From positions 806,001 to 870,000 of the forward strand of contig CDRNST010000031.1 of assembly GCA_977016875.1 (NCBI GenBank): a stretch of 64,000 bases of DNA, in the 5' to 3' direction. A program made the translations under genes and the position numbers. Shown here in pieces: positions 1 through 14,800 of the stretch; within the stretch, counting starts at the first letter, position 1; each line of letters starts with the position of its first letter. This stretch comes from Pavona decussata. Lineage: Eukaryota. Below the pieces are notes generated by a model, which saw nothing but the letters and a program-made list of their open reading frames with translations, was not told where the DNA came from and did no database searches.

Positions 1-23
1 ACAAGTGGGCTTGGAGCACGGGG
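1..23 (-). CDS. exon: start of FS13 (runs off window)
   Basis: Acceptor tctctttctgtag followed in phase 1 by (T)PCSKPTC, the same xPC-x4-C start as other FS exons. Confidence 0.7.
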
Positions 24-2811
24 CTACAGAAAGAGACTTGGTTAAGAAATTGAAATGCATCTAATCTGATAATAATTATCGGGTCCTGTGTTTTGAAGCG
101 TTTTGGATCCGAGTCTGCATGTGTAAAAATAAGGAGCCAATTACAAGTGTTATGGGGACGGTGGCGTTCGTGGCGTTCGATTGACCATAATCCACATTAG
201 GAGAAAACGGAATAGCCTCTAGAATTCTTGTTTCAGTAAATAAATTTGGGAAGAGGAATCTGCGAACTTTTGGCTCGACAAGATATTCAAATCCTAAATT
301 CAAACTCCAAAAGTCTCCTTTGAGAGATGCTTAGTAATCGATGTATGTATGGTGTTTGTAAGTTCTGCCTCTGGAGACTAAGAATGAAGGTAGACGCTCT
401 AATCGCTCATAGGAAATTGTCGATGAGATTGTCTTTTTGCACTCCTTATTAAGTTTAACCTAACACACTGATAGCCATAACAAAGACGTCTCTATACTTA
501 CTGCACGCTCCTTTACGCTTGACTTCGATTCTCTTCTTCAATTGACAAGCCGTCGCTTCCAGACGACATTGGTTAGGATACGTCTTCCCGTCGTCCCCGC
601 AGATAGCTCTGACGGTACTAGGACACTGGTCAGCTGAAGGGCACTGACATGTCGCCGTACCAGAGCCATCTTGTGCCACAGTACACGTGCCATAATAATC
701 CTGGCAATCTGAGAACGAGCATGGACCTGAGAACAAGCACATAAAACATTAATGGAAAGAGCCCGGCAAACTGTTCAGGAGGTATCACCATTTGCTCTTT
801 GACAAAGGAAACAGGATAACAGAAGTCAAGGCATGGTCTCCATCGAGGTTCCGATTTCATATTCTGAGCAATTAACAAGTTCCTTGCACTCACAGCCATT
901 TTTAGTTTCTAGTGCTCAGCACAGTGTAGCATCTATCTTTGGACATGACTTTTTTCGGCCCGCTATGTTAACGGCTGAAGGACCGTAAAACTGTCAAATT
1001 TCCACTTTTTCATAATTCACTCCTTGATGGGTCCTTGTCCATCCAGAATTTCTCGGCTTGATCGCAAGTTGGGAACATGTAAAACAATTTATCGTTCACT
1101 GAACGCAGCAACACAGTTTGATAATAAATAAATCCATAATCATCACGAAAATTCAAGGTCGACAGCAAGCAATTCAGTTAAGCTTAGTTACATCATTTCC
1201 AAAGACCAAAGATGGTCGCTTTGCACGTGGCACTGGAAAAGGATGTAGCCTTTTCTTATTTTCCTACCGCATTCTCCTTTGTGCTTCAGTGAAACATCTT
1301 CTCCATTGGCGCAGCTTTGAGCCTTCAGCTTACATTCATTCTCATATGTTGCACCATTGGTGCCACATACGGGATCTGTTACATCCGGGCATTCCTCAGT
1401 GCGTGGGCACTCGCAGGCAGTGGAGCCATCAGGTTTGTTTTTGCAAACTGAATGATGAACACAACGAGCAGCTTGGCAAGGATCTGAAATTTATCACGAA
1501 CAACGAACTGTTAATAGCGAGGATGAAAAGCTTTAAAAAGACATGACGAGTAAAGGAAAAGAGAGGTAAAATAAAAGAAATACCCCGGCCTTACCACACA
1601 CTCCCTTTTTGTCCACTACAAGAGGCTGTTCTGTCTTGCATGCCTCCACTCTCAGTCTGCAGGGGTTAACGTAAGTTTGCTTGTCGCTTCCACACACTGG
1701 ATCGTAATCTCTGGGACAGTCATCTTCTGTCGGACACTGACAGCTGGGTAGCTTGAGAATACTGGCCACACACTTCTTGCCGCCAGAACAGCGAGTGTCT
1801 TTACAAATTACTGAAAAAAAAAGTCAGTTATGTCACCAAAGAACGGATATTAAATGCCTAACCAATCGCTCAACAGTAGATACAGTGAAAATAACTGCAA
1901 AAATTATCAAAACTAACAATATATATTTAGCATTGGCCACTATGAGGGCTGTGAGGGAATGTAATCATCCGGTGTCAAACAGGTATGAGTTCCAGTTGCA
2001 GATTTAATATTTTTGAAATTATTGCTATGATATAACAGCTTTTTCCAATGATGATGCAATACAGCTTCCAAGAATGGCCAAAATAAACACGTTAACACCC
2101 CGCCGAAATTAGGCTGATTTAGCCACAGAACAGGAACGTCATTTGAGGACGCGAGAGCTCGCGGAATAGTCTGGACACGAGTCTATTTCGACTATATATG
2201 GGCATTCTTGATGCACGCGCTGTTGTCAACTGACGTTCCCGTTCTGTAGCTAATTCAGCCTATCAATAATGATAAGACCGTTTTCGATGAAAACAAAAAA
2301 GGTCAAAATTGTATTAAGTATAATGTCTGTACCACAAGGTCCCGGATGTTCCACTCCAACAGTTGTGTTTATAGCACATGACTCCGCTTTCAGAATGCAC
2401 TCATTTAAGTAGGTGATCCCATCGGTTCCGCATACAAGGTCCTTCTCCTTGGGGCAGTCCTTCATTTCAATGCACTTGCAGGATGATGTGCCGTCTTTTT
2501 GAGCAATGCAAACTTCGTTGTCACGGCAACTATCCAGGTTACAGACACCTACGTAAAATAAATAGTAAATTAGTATTCTGAATGCTTTACCAATACAAAA
2601 CGAGATTTGTTGCAATTAATTTGTTTCATTTTTTCCACATTCAAGAGAAACCACCATGTTCAGAATAGGAGTATGCGTATGCTCAAATGGGATCATGCGT
2701 ACTTATACTCTATCCACTCTTACTCCACGTCTGGAGACATCGCGGAATATAGAACTTAGTCAACGTTTGCTAAATTGCAAACAACAAAGTGGTTTTGCAT
2801 TTAAAGGAAAA

Positions 2812-2856
<45 letters not shown>

Positions 2857-5800
2857 GAAAATAGCGAACATAGCGGCGCTCAGAGTTTTGCGACTACACT
2901 TCATGTACGAAGCGATTTCTCGCAATCTCACAATAACTGTTAATCAGAAAACAGGTCTCAGCCGATCAGACTGCGTTAAAGATAGATTGGAAATTTTTTA
3001 ATCAAAGTCAACTCACCGCAGGGGCCGACGTGACGCTCTTGAATTTCCTTATCATTGGCACAAGCAAACACATCTAAGAGACATTTGTTGATGTATGTCT
3101 GTCCGTCTGAGCCACACACACCATCGCCATCTTTTGGACACTCGTCTTCGGTCCGGCATTTGCACGTGACCAAGCCATCAAAGTCTCCTGTGCAGGCGGC
3201 ATTGTTTTTACAGTCCTTCGCAAGGTCACATGGCCCTGTAAGAATAAATGTATACATTAATGAATACAGTAACGATGTTTACGTTTGTTTAAGGTTGCCG
3301 GTTCCCAGGCTGCCAGATGTCTTTTAACGGTGAACTACTGATATCATCGATAACATCAGGTAGATTGTACATGCAGTTGCTGTTAAGGACGGTGCCTACT
3401 AATAACGAAGTATTTTCGCCCGGTTTATCACTATGCGGGAAAAGCAGATCTTGGTAACGGCTATTGAAAAAACCAAAAAGAAAATTGGGGGTAATCACGC
3501 ATTTTTTAGAGATAACTAAGCAACACTTATTCTAAAAAGCAGCAAAATACAAAGCAATGTATGGCGCTTTTTTCCCAATTGAAGGTTTAACAGTTATCTC
3601 TGAAAAATGCATGGTTGCCCCCAAGTTTCTTTTTGGATACCAAAATCACTTGCTAAGTTCTGCTTTCTCCGCATAGTTTTAAAGCGCGCAAAAATATCCC
3701 TGTAATAGTAGGCACCACCCATAGGAAACCCGAGTATCTCGAGATGCGCAGAACGTATGCGCAGTAGCAAAAGTAGGCACCGTCCTTAATTGGCTAAAAT
3801 ACTGACCCCAGACTCACGAAGTCCTCGTAAGTTGAAGGGGAAGTATCACGCAAATTTGCTATCATTTCAAAACCCAAAAATGTTTTTCTGTCAGCAGAAA
3901 CAACGAAATAATTGTCAAGTTTGTTATAAACTATCACCCTAGTACAATAAAATTGTCGATTAGTGCCTCTGGCCAGAGACAGAGAAGGCCGGTATGGATT
4001 GAAATTTGAAAAATGTTGGGCTAATGTTTTTCAAGTTCTCGCATTTTTGTTTCAAAAATGCGCTAGAGCAGATCACGAGTTGTTCCTTTCAAGAATTGAG
4101 TTGATGTCTTTCCTCTCGTCATTCTAGAATTATTTGTCAGCTGATTGAAGGTCTTATTTCAACATTTTTAACAAAAGATATCAAAAACCCCATGATACTT
4201 CCCCTTTACGTATTGTTTCTTAACAAAAGCCTATTGTTGGAATAACAACACACTATTCTTCAGAAACAATACTTAGAATACATCTAAAAAGTAAGAAGTA
4301 TTTGCGAGTTGAAACGATTAAACGGTTGAAGATATTAGAGGCATCTGTACTTTGACTGTATCACGATAGCTAAACATTGTTAGGACAACACTCACCGCAA
4401 TATCCATCCATAACGGCGTAGACAGGCATGTCTTTTTCACAAGCCTTTGCTTTCATCGCACAGTCGTTCAAGTAAGTCTTCCCATCGCTGCCGCAAACGG
4501 TATTAACAGTAGCAGGACAGTCTCTTTCATCCGGGCATCTGCATTCAGGGTTACCTAGGGAGTCTACCACGCATGTCTTTGGTTCTTTACACTTCACGCC
4601 AGCACAGGGCTCTGAAATCACATGGTCATGAAAAAGTCATGATGTGATCATGAGAATGTAGTCTTACCACGACTTGCCGGTATGTAAAAACAATACTACA
4701 GAACATATTTTTCTGGTAAAGGTTGTTGCAGGTTATTCTGCTACGCTCGCAAGAAAAAATGCGCCTTCAATCAACCAAAACTTGTGCTTGGAATGCATGT
4801 TGGCGTGAGTGAATCCAACTGTAAAAACTATTGGCAGACATGTTGGTTAACTGTTAGCCACAAATAGCATTAGTGCTCAATCTCGCGAATCTCTCGTGTG
4901 AAATATGAATCAGACAGATGGCACCAGTCTCCAAGCAGCTCAGTGGTTGGAGCATCCGACCGGTGGACGGAGGGTCCTGGGTTTGATTGCCGTCTGTGAC
5001 TCGGATTTTCTCTTCGTTCTTCTTTGCCCACACTCGTGATATATCGAGCAACACTTCTTTCGTATTGGTCAACAAAGTTCTGGTTTTGTCGAACTAGCAT
5101 TTTAAATTTTAGTGCTGTTTACTCGAAACGCCAGAAAGAAGAATTTAGGGATGTGGTCAGAATTATGCTCGAACAGGACCTATCAAACCACAAAATAGAT
5201 GGTGGTCTCTTCCTGCACTTCCCTACTCAACCTGAAAATGTGGTATCTTTATTGTATAGCCACCCTTCTATCCATCAGTCTCATAATGGCTCCTTTTAAG
5301 CACCAATTTACAAAATGTCCACTTTTTCAATTAAATTGTTCTTTGTAATATTATTGCGTAGTTTTACGCCGTTTTTTTTTTGGCCGTTTGCTGACGGCTG
5401 ATATCTGCACCTACTGTAAGTCCAACTGGAACCACATGGTGCTCAAACGGAGAAAAAATGGAACTAAAATAGATCTGAAACTTACCACACTTTCCAGTTT
5501 TCTGCTCATCAATGCTACCATTCACCAAGCAATTTGCAACATCCAAATAACATTTGTTTATGTAAGTCTTATTGTCGTGTCCACACACTGGAGCTGCTGT
5601 CCGAGGACACTCCCTGACATCCTTACACAAACACTGTGCCTTGCCCTCCTTCACTTCACAATGCGCATGCTCTTTACACATCACCCCAGCACATAACCCT
5701 ACACAAACAAACAAAAATGTAAAGTTGAAGGCTTAGGACTACATTAAACTGCTTAACATGCAGATGTCTAGATTACTCCTCATCAAACCCTGGTGAGAGA

Positions 5801-8800
5801 GGTCGGGTCTGGATGAAGTGGGCGGAGATGACTATCGGTATACATGTCATGTGACCACTTACCCACTGTCTTTTAATCGATAAAGACAAAGGCAAGACAT
5901 GCAGAGCGAGTATAAACAGTCCTGAGTAAGACTAAGTAAGACTCATTATGACTAAACCAAGGTACGTATTTTGATTGGTTGACCCAAGCCGTGAAGCACG
6001 TCAAGAAACTTTTATTCTCAAGAACAAACCTGAATTTTTTATCATATGATTTGAACTTATAAGAGACTGTGGAGGAAATCCTTAAGTATAACCATCTAAA
6101 ATAAATCAATTCAAGCGGTGCTAGTCTCTGTAGCATGGCCGAGTTTTTTCGCTCGACAACAAGGGGGCGAAACCACGATTTCTACGACCCTTCGCCCATC
6201 ATACGAATGATAGCACCCGCTGTGCACGCTACGCGGTGGTGCTGTTTGTTTGTTAGCTGTAACAATGAAATTTGGCTTTTTTTAGAAATTTCATCCACCC
6301 TTTCACGAATGAAATGATTCTTATGAACCAAGAACAGCCCATAGCAATTCGTGTTTATCAAAATGCATTTCATAACCATGACGCATAAGAACAAGGAATC
6401 TGGTGGACTTACCACAAGGCGCCAAATTAGTTACTGTGATGTCCTCTCCTTTAGCACAGGCTTCTACTCGTAAAGCACAGTCATTGTGATATGTTTTGCC
6501 ATCACTACCGCATACTTCATCTTTTCTGGGCGAACAATCACTGATCTTTGGGCACACACATTCAGAATCGGTGTAACCAATTGACTTACATCGAGCATAG
6601 TACGCACAGTCTCTCTTGTCACAAGGGTCTGTAAATAAAGAACTGCACCCTTAAAAGCGTGTTTGGAGACATTTTGTTGGAGCTGTTACGTGGGTGAAAG
6701 AGGTCAGCGGGAAGAGAATCAAAATTGAGAACAGGAATTGAAATGGAAGCAGCAGCCGTCCAAACTGCTTTTACGCTACAATACATTTTGAATCATTCAA
6801 CGTGTGAGAGCTAAATACAAGCACAATGTTACAAAACTATGGAGGGAAGGAGAGAAGTTTGTATATGTGTTTTAACTCATATCATTATCATATCATTATC
6901 ATGTGTGGGTAAACTGTTCTTTCCGGTTCGGCGGGATAATTTCGAGAAGGCACGAGTAGGCATTTTCCGACAGCAGCATCTGTATACTGAGCAAAATGTT
7001 TGGAGCCAAACTAGATCGTTATTATGATTAAAAATGGACGATACATGCTGCAGGTTCTGACCCAGCTCAGCTTACCTTTACAAGTGTCCTTAACCAGTCG
7101 GGCGCTCTTGGAAACAAGTTTATCCACCGAGTCTACTGTGTGGACGTGATTTCTTGAATTGGCGATGCTAAGGTGCCGAGAAGAGGGCGTGTTCACACCA
7201 ACAGCGAGAACAAATACCTGTATGTTCCTGTTCTTCAGAGGGGCGACGGCTGTCTGTAGATCCTCAGTGATCTCACCGAAAACAATCACAATAAGAGACT
7301 TGGGAACCTGAAATAAATGTCATGCTGTTTCTGTTACATGGCAAAATTTAAAAATAACGAATAGAAAAACGACTGGTTCAGCCTTGGGCCATAAAGGAGA
7401 CAATTAAGCAAGCAAAACTGCGAAGGACGACTCTTAAAGAAAGACGAAAAACCCAAAATGGCTTGGATCCTCGCGTTTTGGTCACAGATAAAGCAATTTT
7501 TACTTTCAGGCAACATTTGAAAGCTGGGAGAATATAAGGAATTTTAATGGTCAAAACCTGTGGGGCCCCAAACCTTCTTAAGTGTACCATTTAATATTTC
7601 GGGTCAGATTGCCAGTTTTATCACGGTTTTTGACTAAAGACTCCTTGTTTATCTGAAACGACGAGCTGCCATAGTCCTGGTGAACGCAAGAGAAAAATGC
7701 TGGGTTCAGGGCTAGACAACTGTGGCCATGGCTTCCCTCCAGGGAAGGAAGGTAATTAGAGATATTTAGAATGACGTCCGCGGCAAACGGCAAAAATGAC
7801 CACCGTGACCTTTTTTGTCCTTCATATGCCGCTCGCTGTTTTAAGTTTCTCAGTAAAATTGAGTAGTTTTGCATTAACATCAGAAGCCAAAATAATTTTG
7901 CACTTTTCTCCTCTGTTTACTCGTTTTATCTCCTTTATGTTTAGTCGTAAACGCGAATCTAGACCTCTCAAATAACGCTCAAATTCCTTCAAAACATGGG
8001 CTGGGTATGATCCAAAGAGGAGAGTTGAAGAGCGTGAACAGTGAAATGTACATTGTGGGAAATAAATGATACGATTAATAAGTAGTGGGTTGTTTTAGTG
8101 CACAGTTCCGATTGCCATCCAAGAACGTAAAACTTACCCCACTCCTTCCCCCGTTCTTAAATATCTCGAAGGCCTTTCGAAGCATATCACTAAGCCTGCT
8201 GGTCGGAAGTGAAGGAAGAACTTTCTCAGCTCGTAGTTCATCCACCTTGGCTTTGAGTGGTCCTGGCTGACTATATTCTGTGAGTTCAATATCCTTCCTC
8301 GCGGTCTCCGAGACAGTGATGAGGCCAACATGTGTCTGGGATTGGGAAATTGTGAAGCCATCTATCATAGTGAGGACAAAACTCTTCTGCTGGTCGAAGG
8401 CCGAGGGTTTTATTTCGTAGGAAGAATCCAGAGCGAAAACCACATCCATTGGGAATGGACACGCTAAAATGAAAGCAAAATAATTATTAAGTAGGGTTTA
8501 AAAGAATCGCGTCAGTTTCACAACATTTGTTCTGTTTAATGAAACTATTCTTATAGCAGAGTCAAAATACAAAAGGGAAAACAGTTCTGACTTTTCAAAA
8601 AATAATTGTAAAGAATTCATAAATCGGCCCAATTCTAAGGATCATTAACAGAAAGAAGTACTCCCCTATGATTTTACTCATTGTCATAGCCAATGACGTT
8701 TTAGCTTGTGAGGCTATGGATGAATTCATGAAAAGCATCTGCTATTCAGCAGAAGTTCATGTCATGCTGTTGCTTAAAAAAATGCTTCTCTCTACAGTAA

Positions 8801-11800
8801 TGAATTTGTCACATTAGGAAGGATAACAGTTCAAAAATGATAAAGACACAAACCTGCTGGGATAGAACAAAGAGGTTCCACCAGAATAGCACCCCTGGTT
8901 GGTTTACATCGACCACACCAGCCTCCACACTTGGCAGATATCACAGCGTCGTCATGTGACCTACTGTAATCCTGAACCTCGAAACCATTCGGGAATCCCT
9001 GGAAGGACCAGCTCACATCTTCCCGAACTCGCAGCCTCGTGCCTCGCAAATCAACCTTGAATGATCCCTTCCTACATTTACCCGGGTTCACAGAATAGCA
9101 GTCTCCAGCCGAGCCATAAGCAACGTCGCTTCCTTCTTCCGTCTGTGCAAAGGTGAAATCATCGCTGACAAGTTTCATGGTGAGAGCATTAAGACGTACT
9201 TTAGTAAAATTTGTGGCACCTCGCTCAGCGTACAGCTCTGTTCGTGCAGGCCCACTACAGCTAAACCTATCCTGAAGCCGCTCATGGTAAATGATAGCAT
9301 AGTTATTCTTGGCACCAGACTCCAGTGTGATGAATTCCTGGGGCATTCCAGACGCCATGCTGTGACAGTAAACTCTGATTGGGTCTTTACATCTGTCGCT
9401 CACGTGAACAAGGTAGTGACCGTCAGATGAATATCCAGATTTTTTAACTTCAACGCAGTTGTGGAACTCTGTTGAAATTTAAACAAGTCAGCGGCATAAG
9501 GGTCTGAGGGAACGGACAATTTTGTCAGTCTTCAAGAGAACATGCACTTCTCCTTGGGAAACTTAACTAACGTGTGGCGAAGCGCTTACACACACAACGA
9601 TTAACTCCTCCACTAAATGTTTGATTACTTTATTAAAGCTTACATCTTGAACGAAAGGTTTTAAAAACGAAGTGACACGCATTCTTAACTTTTAACTGCA
9701 GTTTGCCTATTCCACGTCAATCGTGCCTTGACTGACTCTGTTTTGGATTAGGCAAAACAAACTTAGGAAGTCCAGCCAAATCATCTTCCCATAAAAACAA
9801 GAAGATTCAGTAGATATAGCTACGGTAAAGTAAACCGAAATCTAGAAATAAAAGGTTAATTGGGCCAACAGCTTAAGTTGATCATTTGTATTCTTGAAAT
9901 ATTATACTAAAACTGCAAGGAGGGATAACATGTTGATCACTTTTTGTCAGAAAGACAACCAACCTTCACTTGCTGTAAAAGGTAGTTTTTCCCCTTCTTT
10001 TTCCTCTTCTCCAGGTTTCGGTAACACCACAAGATTTCCCCCTGATGCAATGGCCTTGAGTTTGTCCTTGTCCGTTTTATCCGGGTCATCCGTGATAACA
10101 ACAGGAATGACCTTGACTGGCCTCTCTCTTAACTTGCTAATCTCGTTTTTGATTTCTGGCGAGTTCTCATCAAAGACACCTTCGGTCATCACAATGAGAA
10201 TGTCCTCCGCGAATGGTCTCTCTCCGCGCTGTGTTATAAACACTTCCTCTCGAACCTTTTTCAGAGCACCACTCAATGTCCCTGGGCGAGACGCAGATTG
10301 AGGAATATTTTCAGCAAAAGTTTTGAAGTTATCTTTGCTATACTTGTCCCTGAAAAAGACCCTAGCATTGGCAGGTCCGTTGTAGTCCACGAGAGCAAGA
10401 AGCGTTTTGCTCGGGGATACCTCGTACTCATCCACGATTTTCTTTAGCATTGCTACCATTCTGCCAAAGTTGGTCGAAGCTTTAGGACCGGAGGCACCGA
10501 TGACAAAGGCCAGATCAACAGCTTTCTCTGCGAATAAGAAGATGCAATATCATGGAAGGTGTTAGTCGTCGCGGTTTGCAATGATGTCTAAGTTAATCGT
10601 TGCTCTCATGATGTGGAACGCAATAATAGAAATTTACGCCGATCCACATGTAAGTGACTCAATGGTAAGAGTTTGGTGTCAAGAAGGTGCCATTAACCAA
10701 GAAAAAAAAAAACCGTTTATAAATGAACGGAACTAACACGCGTAAATCAAATGTTAAGGCTTGATCATTATTTGAACTTACTTTAAGAATCGTCCTTCGC
10801 TTATAAAACTTATGAGAACGATGAAGATCGTCACGAATTAAAAATAACTCATCATATATAGGGTATGTTAGCTTAATTTTCGTTAGAGTGCCGGCTTAAC
10901 TTATTACTGAATGTTGTGTTGCTAGACTAATGACATACATGGTGAATCAAAGAGTTTACTCTGCAGTTTACGGCCTCGTAGGTTAGTCAACACTTATGAC
11001 AAATGTAGCAAAATGAACAATACATTTGACGCTCAATGAGTTTTTCTGTTAATTTAGAGACATTTCCATTTTTAAACTTACGACAAATTCCTGTCGAATT
11101 CACGGCGGTCATTTTCTTATCCATACAAGCCTCTGCCTTGAGAGAGCATTCATTTGGATAAGTCACCATGTCACTTCCACAAACTGGTTTAAAAGGCTCC
11201 GAGGTACAGTCGTCCACACACTGACATACAGCTGTGTCATTGGGTAAGGCAGAACACTTGGCGTGGTAGTCGCAACTCACATTCTTGCAGGGATCTGTAG
11301 ACAGAACACAAGAAAATTAAACGTTTCTTTTCCTTTAAATATCGTCCAATGAGGTTCCTCCTTTTGAGCCGGGTGGGTGCATTCGACCATTTCTGATAAA
11401 ATGACTCAGAACCACTGCTTTAAATTTCTTAGGCAAACAAAATTTCGTTCAATTAATTATTGACTACAAGCAACAAATAGAAGTGTTGGTGTGTCTTGAG
11501 GAAAGGTTCTTTGGTATTCAACAATTAAACACCATTAAAACACCATATGTGAGATTTGACTAAACTATTAAGCGTAATGGTGTAAGGAGAGGTTGGGAAT
11601 TTATTTCTTTAATTGCGTCAATGAATTCCTAGTCTCATATTCACAACATACATTTAAGATTGCCGTCAAAACAGTACGGTCGCTCTGTTGCTGATTGTAA
11701 GAGAAGTATTTAAGTCACTGCAGAGGAATTAAGAAAGTTCATAAACGTCAATTAATGTCACTTACAGCCGATCGTCCTTTGAAGCACATATCCTTATAAA

Positions 11801-14800
11801 AAGGAAGGAAACAAAAACAGAAAGGCGAGAAAGGAAGCAGAGAAGACAAACGGACTTACTACAGTGTCCATTGTACTTCGAGGTGATTCGGTTACGCAGA
11901 CGACAAGCGTTACTTTGAAGAAAGCACTCGCTGAAGTAAGATTCCCCATCACTGCCACACACTGGTCTATAAATCTCCACACAAGAATTTCGGCATGCGC
12001 AGTAAGGAGTTCCGTCCTTTGTAAGTCGACAAGTGCCGTAGAATGAACACGTGACTCCAAAACAAGGAGTCGGATCTTGAAAAAGGTTAAAAATAGATGA
12101 TAGAGAAAACAGAAATGCAAGTAGAATGAACCGACAACAAATATAGAAGGACTACAATAGAAAAGAGAGGTAGAGAAAGAAATTCAGCACATATATGGTC
12201 AACTTACTACAGGGCTCTTTAGATGAGACAGTAGTGTTCTGTTTCATGAAACAAGCCTCTCGCTTAAGATAACACTCATTCCAGTATGTCCTTAAATTAG
12301 ACCCACAAACAGGAGAGAAAGACGCTGGACATAGATCAGAGCACTGGCACCTGGCAGACCCATCTCTTTGAGAGATGCACACAGCGTAGTACGCACACTC
12401 AGTAAAGTTACAAGGATCTAAAGTAACGAACCGAGAACAAAGACATGAAGGAAATTATTCAAAACAAGAGATGTTATTTAAAGATCATTAAATGGAGAGT
12501 GCAACAGCTTCTTCATTGATAATGATCATCGCTCTCCGCACCAGAAGGCACTTAAGGCCAAAACTAATATTAAGGTACAATAAAGCATTTTACCAAGAAT
12601 GACCAGCAACAGAAAAGTTCTCAGTAGGACCAGTTCCCTACTCCACAAACTTTTGTTGGAGGCTTGGGTGCTCACATTTTTTTTTTTTTTTTTTGGGGGG
12701 GGGGGGGGGTGTAAAATTGAAAATGGATTGTTTAAAATGTATTTTAATAAATTAAAATTTGTTAAACGTTTATCACGTTAGTGTTCGTCGATCTTTTCCC
12801 GTAAAAAAGAACAGGGATTCTTTCCTTTGAAACGATTCTTTATATTTTACTGGAAAAGATCCACAAAAGGCCTGGCGCACTTCAGTTCATTGGCTTGTTG
12901 CCGTGATAATGTTTGCCTATCGTTCTGGAGGACGAGCATAGATTAATATTAGTTAATATTAGACCATGTTAGCAGTGTATGTTTTAACCTTTCTTTCTAA
13001 ATGCATTTATAACGACTTTTCTAATCGGATTTTTTTCACAACATTTTATCTTACCGATAAAAACTTGAGCCATGATCTTGCTAACAAGCTTTTCCGGTTT
13101 GTCCACTTCTGGAACAGGGTCAACGATAACATTGGGAGCTATCATTACGAGATCAGGGTCTACTTCTTGTCCAACAACAACTGGTATCACCTTGAATTGA
13201 ATACAGCTTTGTTACTTAACTGACTTATCTTTCTGGATCATTATTTTTCAAAACATTAAAGATCGATTTTTTTGTTCTTCTGATTATTTTCCTTTATTTA
13301 TTTCCTACTTTATACGGAGACAAAAAAATGTTCATAATTTCCATAATTTCAAAATCTCCCGATCCGACAGGATTGTTAAAATTGACACGATAATTAACAA
13401 TTACTCACCGAACTGGAGGTGGATAGTGGTGAATATTTCGGTATTTCTACCACTTTTCCCCTGACACTGAATATACGAAATCGGTCGATAGTGCTTTTCA
13501 TGCGCTTTAATTGGATTTTCAATCTCTGGCTGGTATTTGCTATACAACTCCTGTCCTAGATTCCGTGGGCGGGTGTTTACGAAAATGGTTAAAAACCTAG
13601 CGGATTATTGAAGCTGGCTATCCAGCGGTTTGGTATACACTAAAACAAGTATTCACCTGAGTGTAAGTGAATAATAGTCTATATTTACCTCGCCCCTTCG
13701 CAGTTTTGGTAAATATCCCCCACAGTCCATCTTCGCTTCATTGAATAACTGCTGATTATTATGCTGTTTTACGATGAGCTCTGTCGATCTGCGCAGCAGA
13801 TGCAAATGAATGCTGTGATGTCAATGAGGAAATCAACCTTACCTTCACCCCTGAATTCTCCAAGTCTTTTGCATGGCGTCTGACAAAATTCTCATCTCCC
13901 ACAGTGTCCCTATCCACAATCACCACCAAGAACTTCCGTACCCCAGGTCTCTCGCCCTCATAGCCTGGCTCAAAGAGCTCGGCAGCCTTCTCCAATGCCT
14001 TTTCCAGGTTTGGCTGACCTCCAAGTCTCACAATGATATCTAACAATCCCTTCAGTTGGTCAGGGCTATTAAAACTCTCTCCAAACGTTATTTGCACATC
14101 CGGTTCGCTTCCAAACACCATAAATGCATAATGCACATAGTACATGCCATATTTGTCGATTATGTACTTTATGGCATCCATCATGTAGTCGTATAACTCG
14201 TTTGCTTTGGTGCTTGTTGCAGAAATGGCGAAAGCTATGTCAATAGGATATGTCACCAGTACTGAAATGAAAGAAGCCAAGGAAAATTAACGGCATTCGG
14301 CCAAACTAGCACTTCCATAAATGAAAAGGTTGGCATAAAGATACTAAATTCATAAAACCCACTGCAAATAGATACCTTTCAAGTCGCAGATCTGGTCAGA
14401 AATGTTTGTGGTGACGGACATGATGTCATGGAAGGAGGTCACGTGATAAGCATAGTCTTCGTTGGAGGCGATTGTCTTCACACTGGGTTCATCCATATCG
14501 CTCCCGACCCCCACTACAAAGAGTGTGGCATCAAGAGTCTTTAAAGTCCCGGACAAGCTTTTGAACGAAGCAATGTCACTTTCTTCTTCTGCAATAACAA
14601 CCACGGCCTACACCAAGAGATATAAGAATGCTTATTATTAAACACTGGATCGCTGGATAATGAAATTCCAGAGTTTTGATTAGTTTTGTGGCCATGGGAA
14701 TTCAGTCATTATACCATGCCCGAGAAATAGTTTGTAACTCTGTGGGATGTTAAAGAACCCACTCACTGTTCGCAAAGAGTAGGGGACGTAGTTCCCGGTG

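Noticed and set aside
76-303. Minus-strand ORF as a possible terminal exon
   Set aside because: It has a phase-compatible AG but a weak pyrimidine tract and no domain similarity; a stronger acceptor with an FS start lies at position 23.
1118-1546. 142-aa plus-strand ORF
   Set aside because: Antisense to the FS11 exon; no recognisable features.
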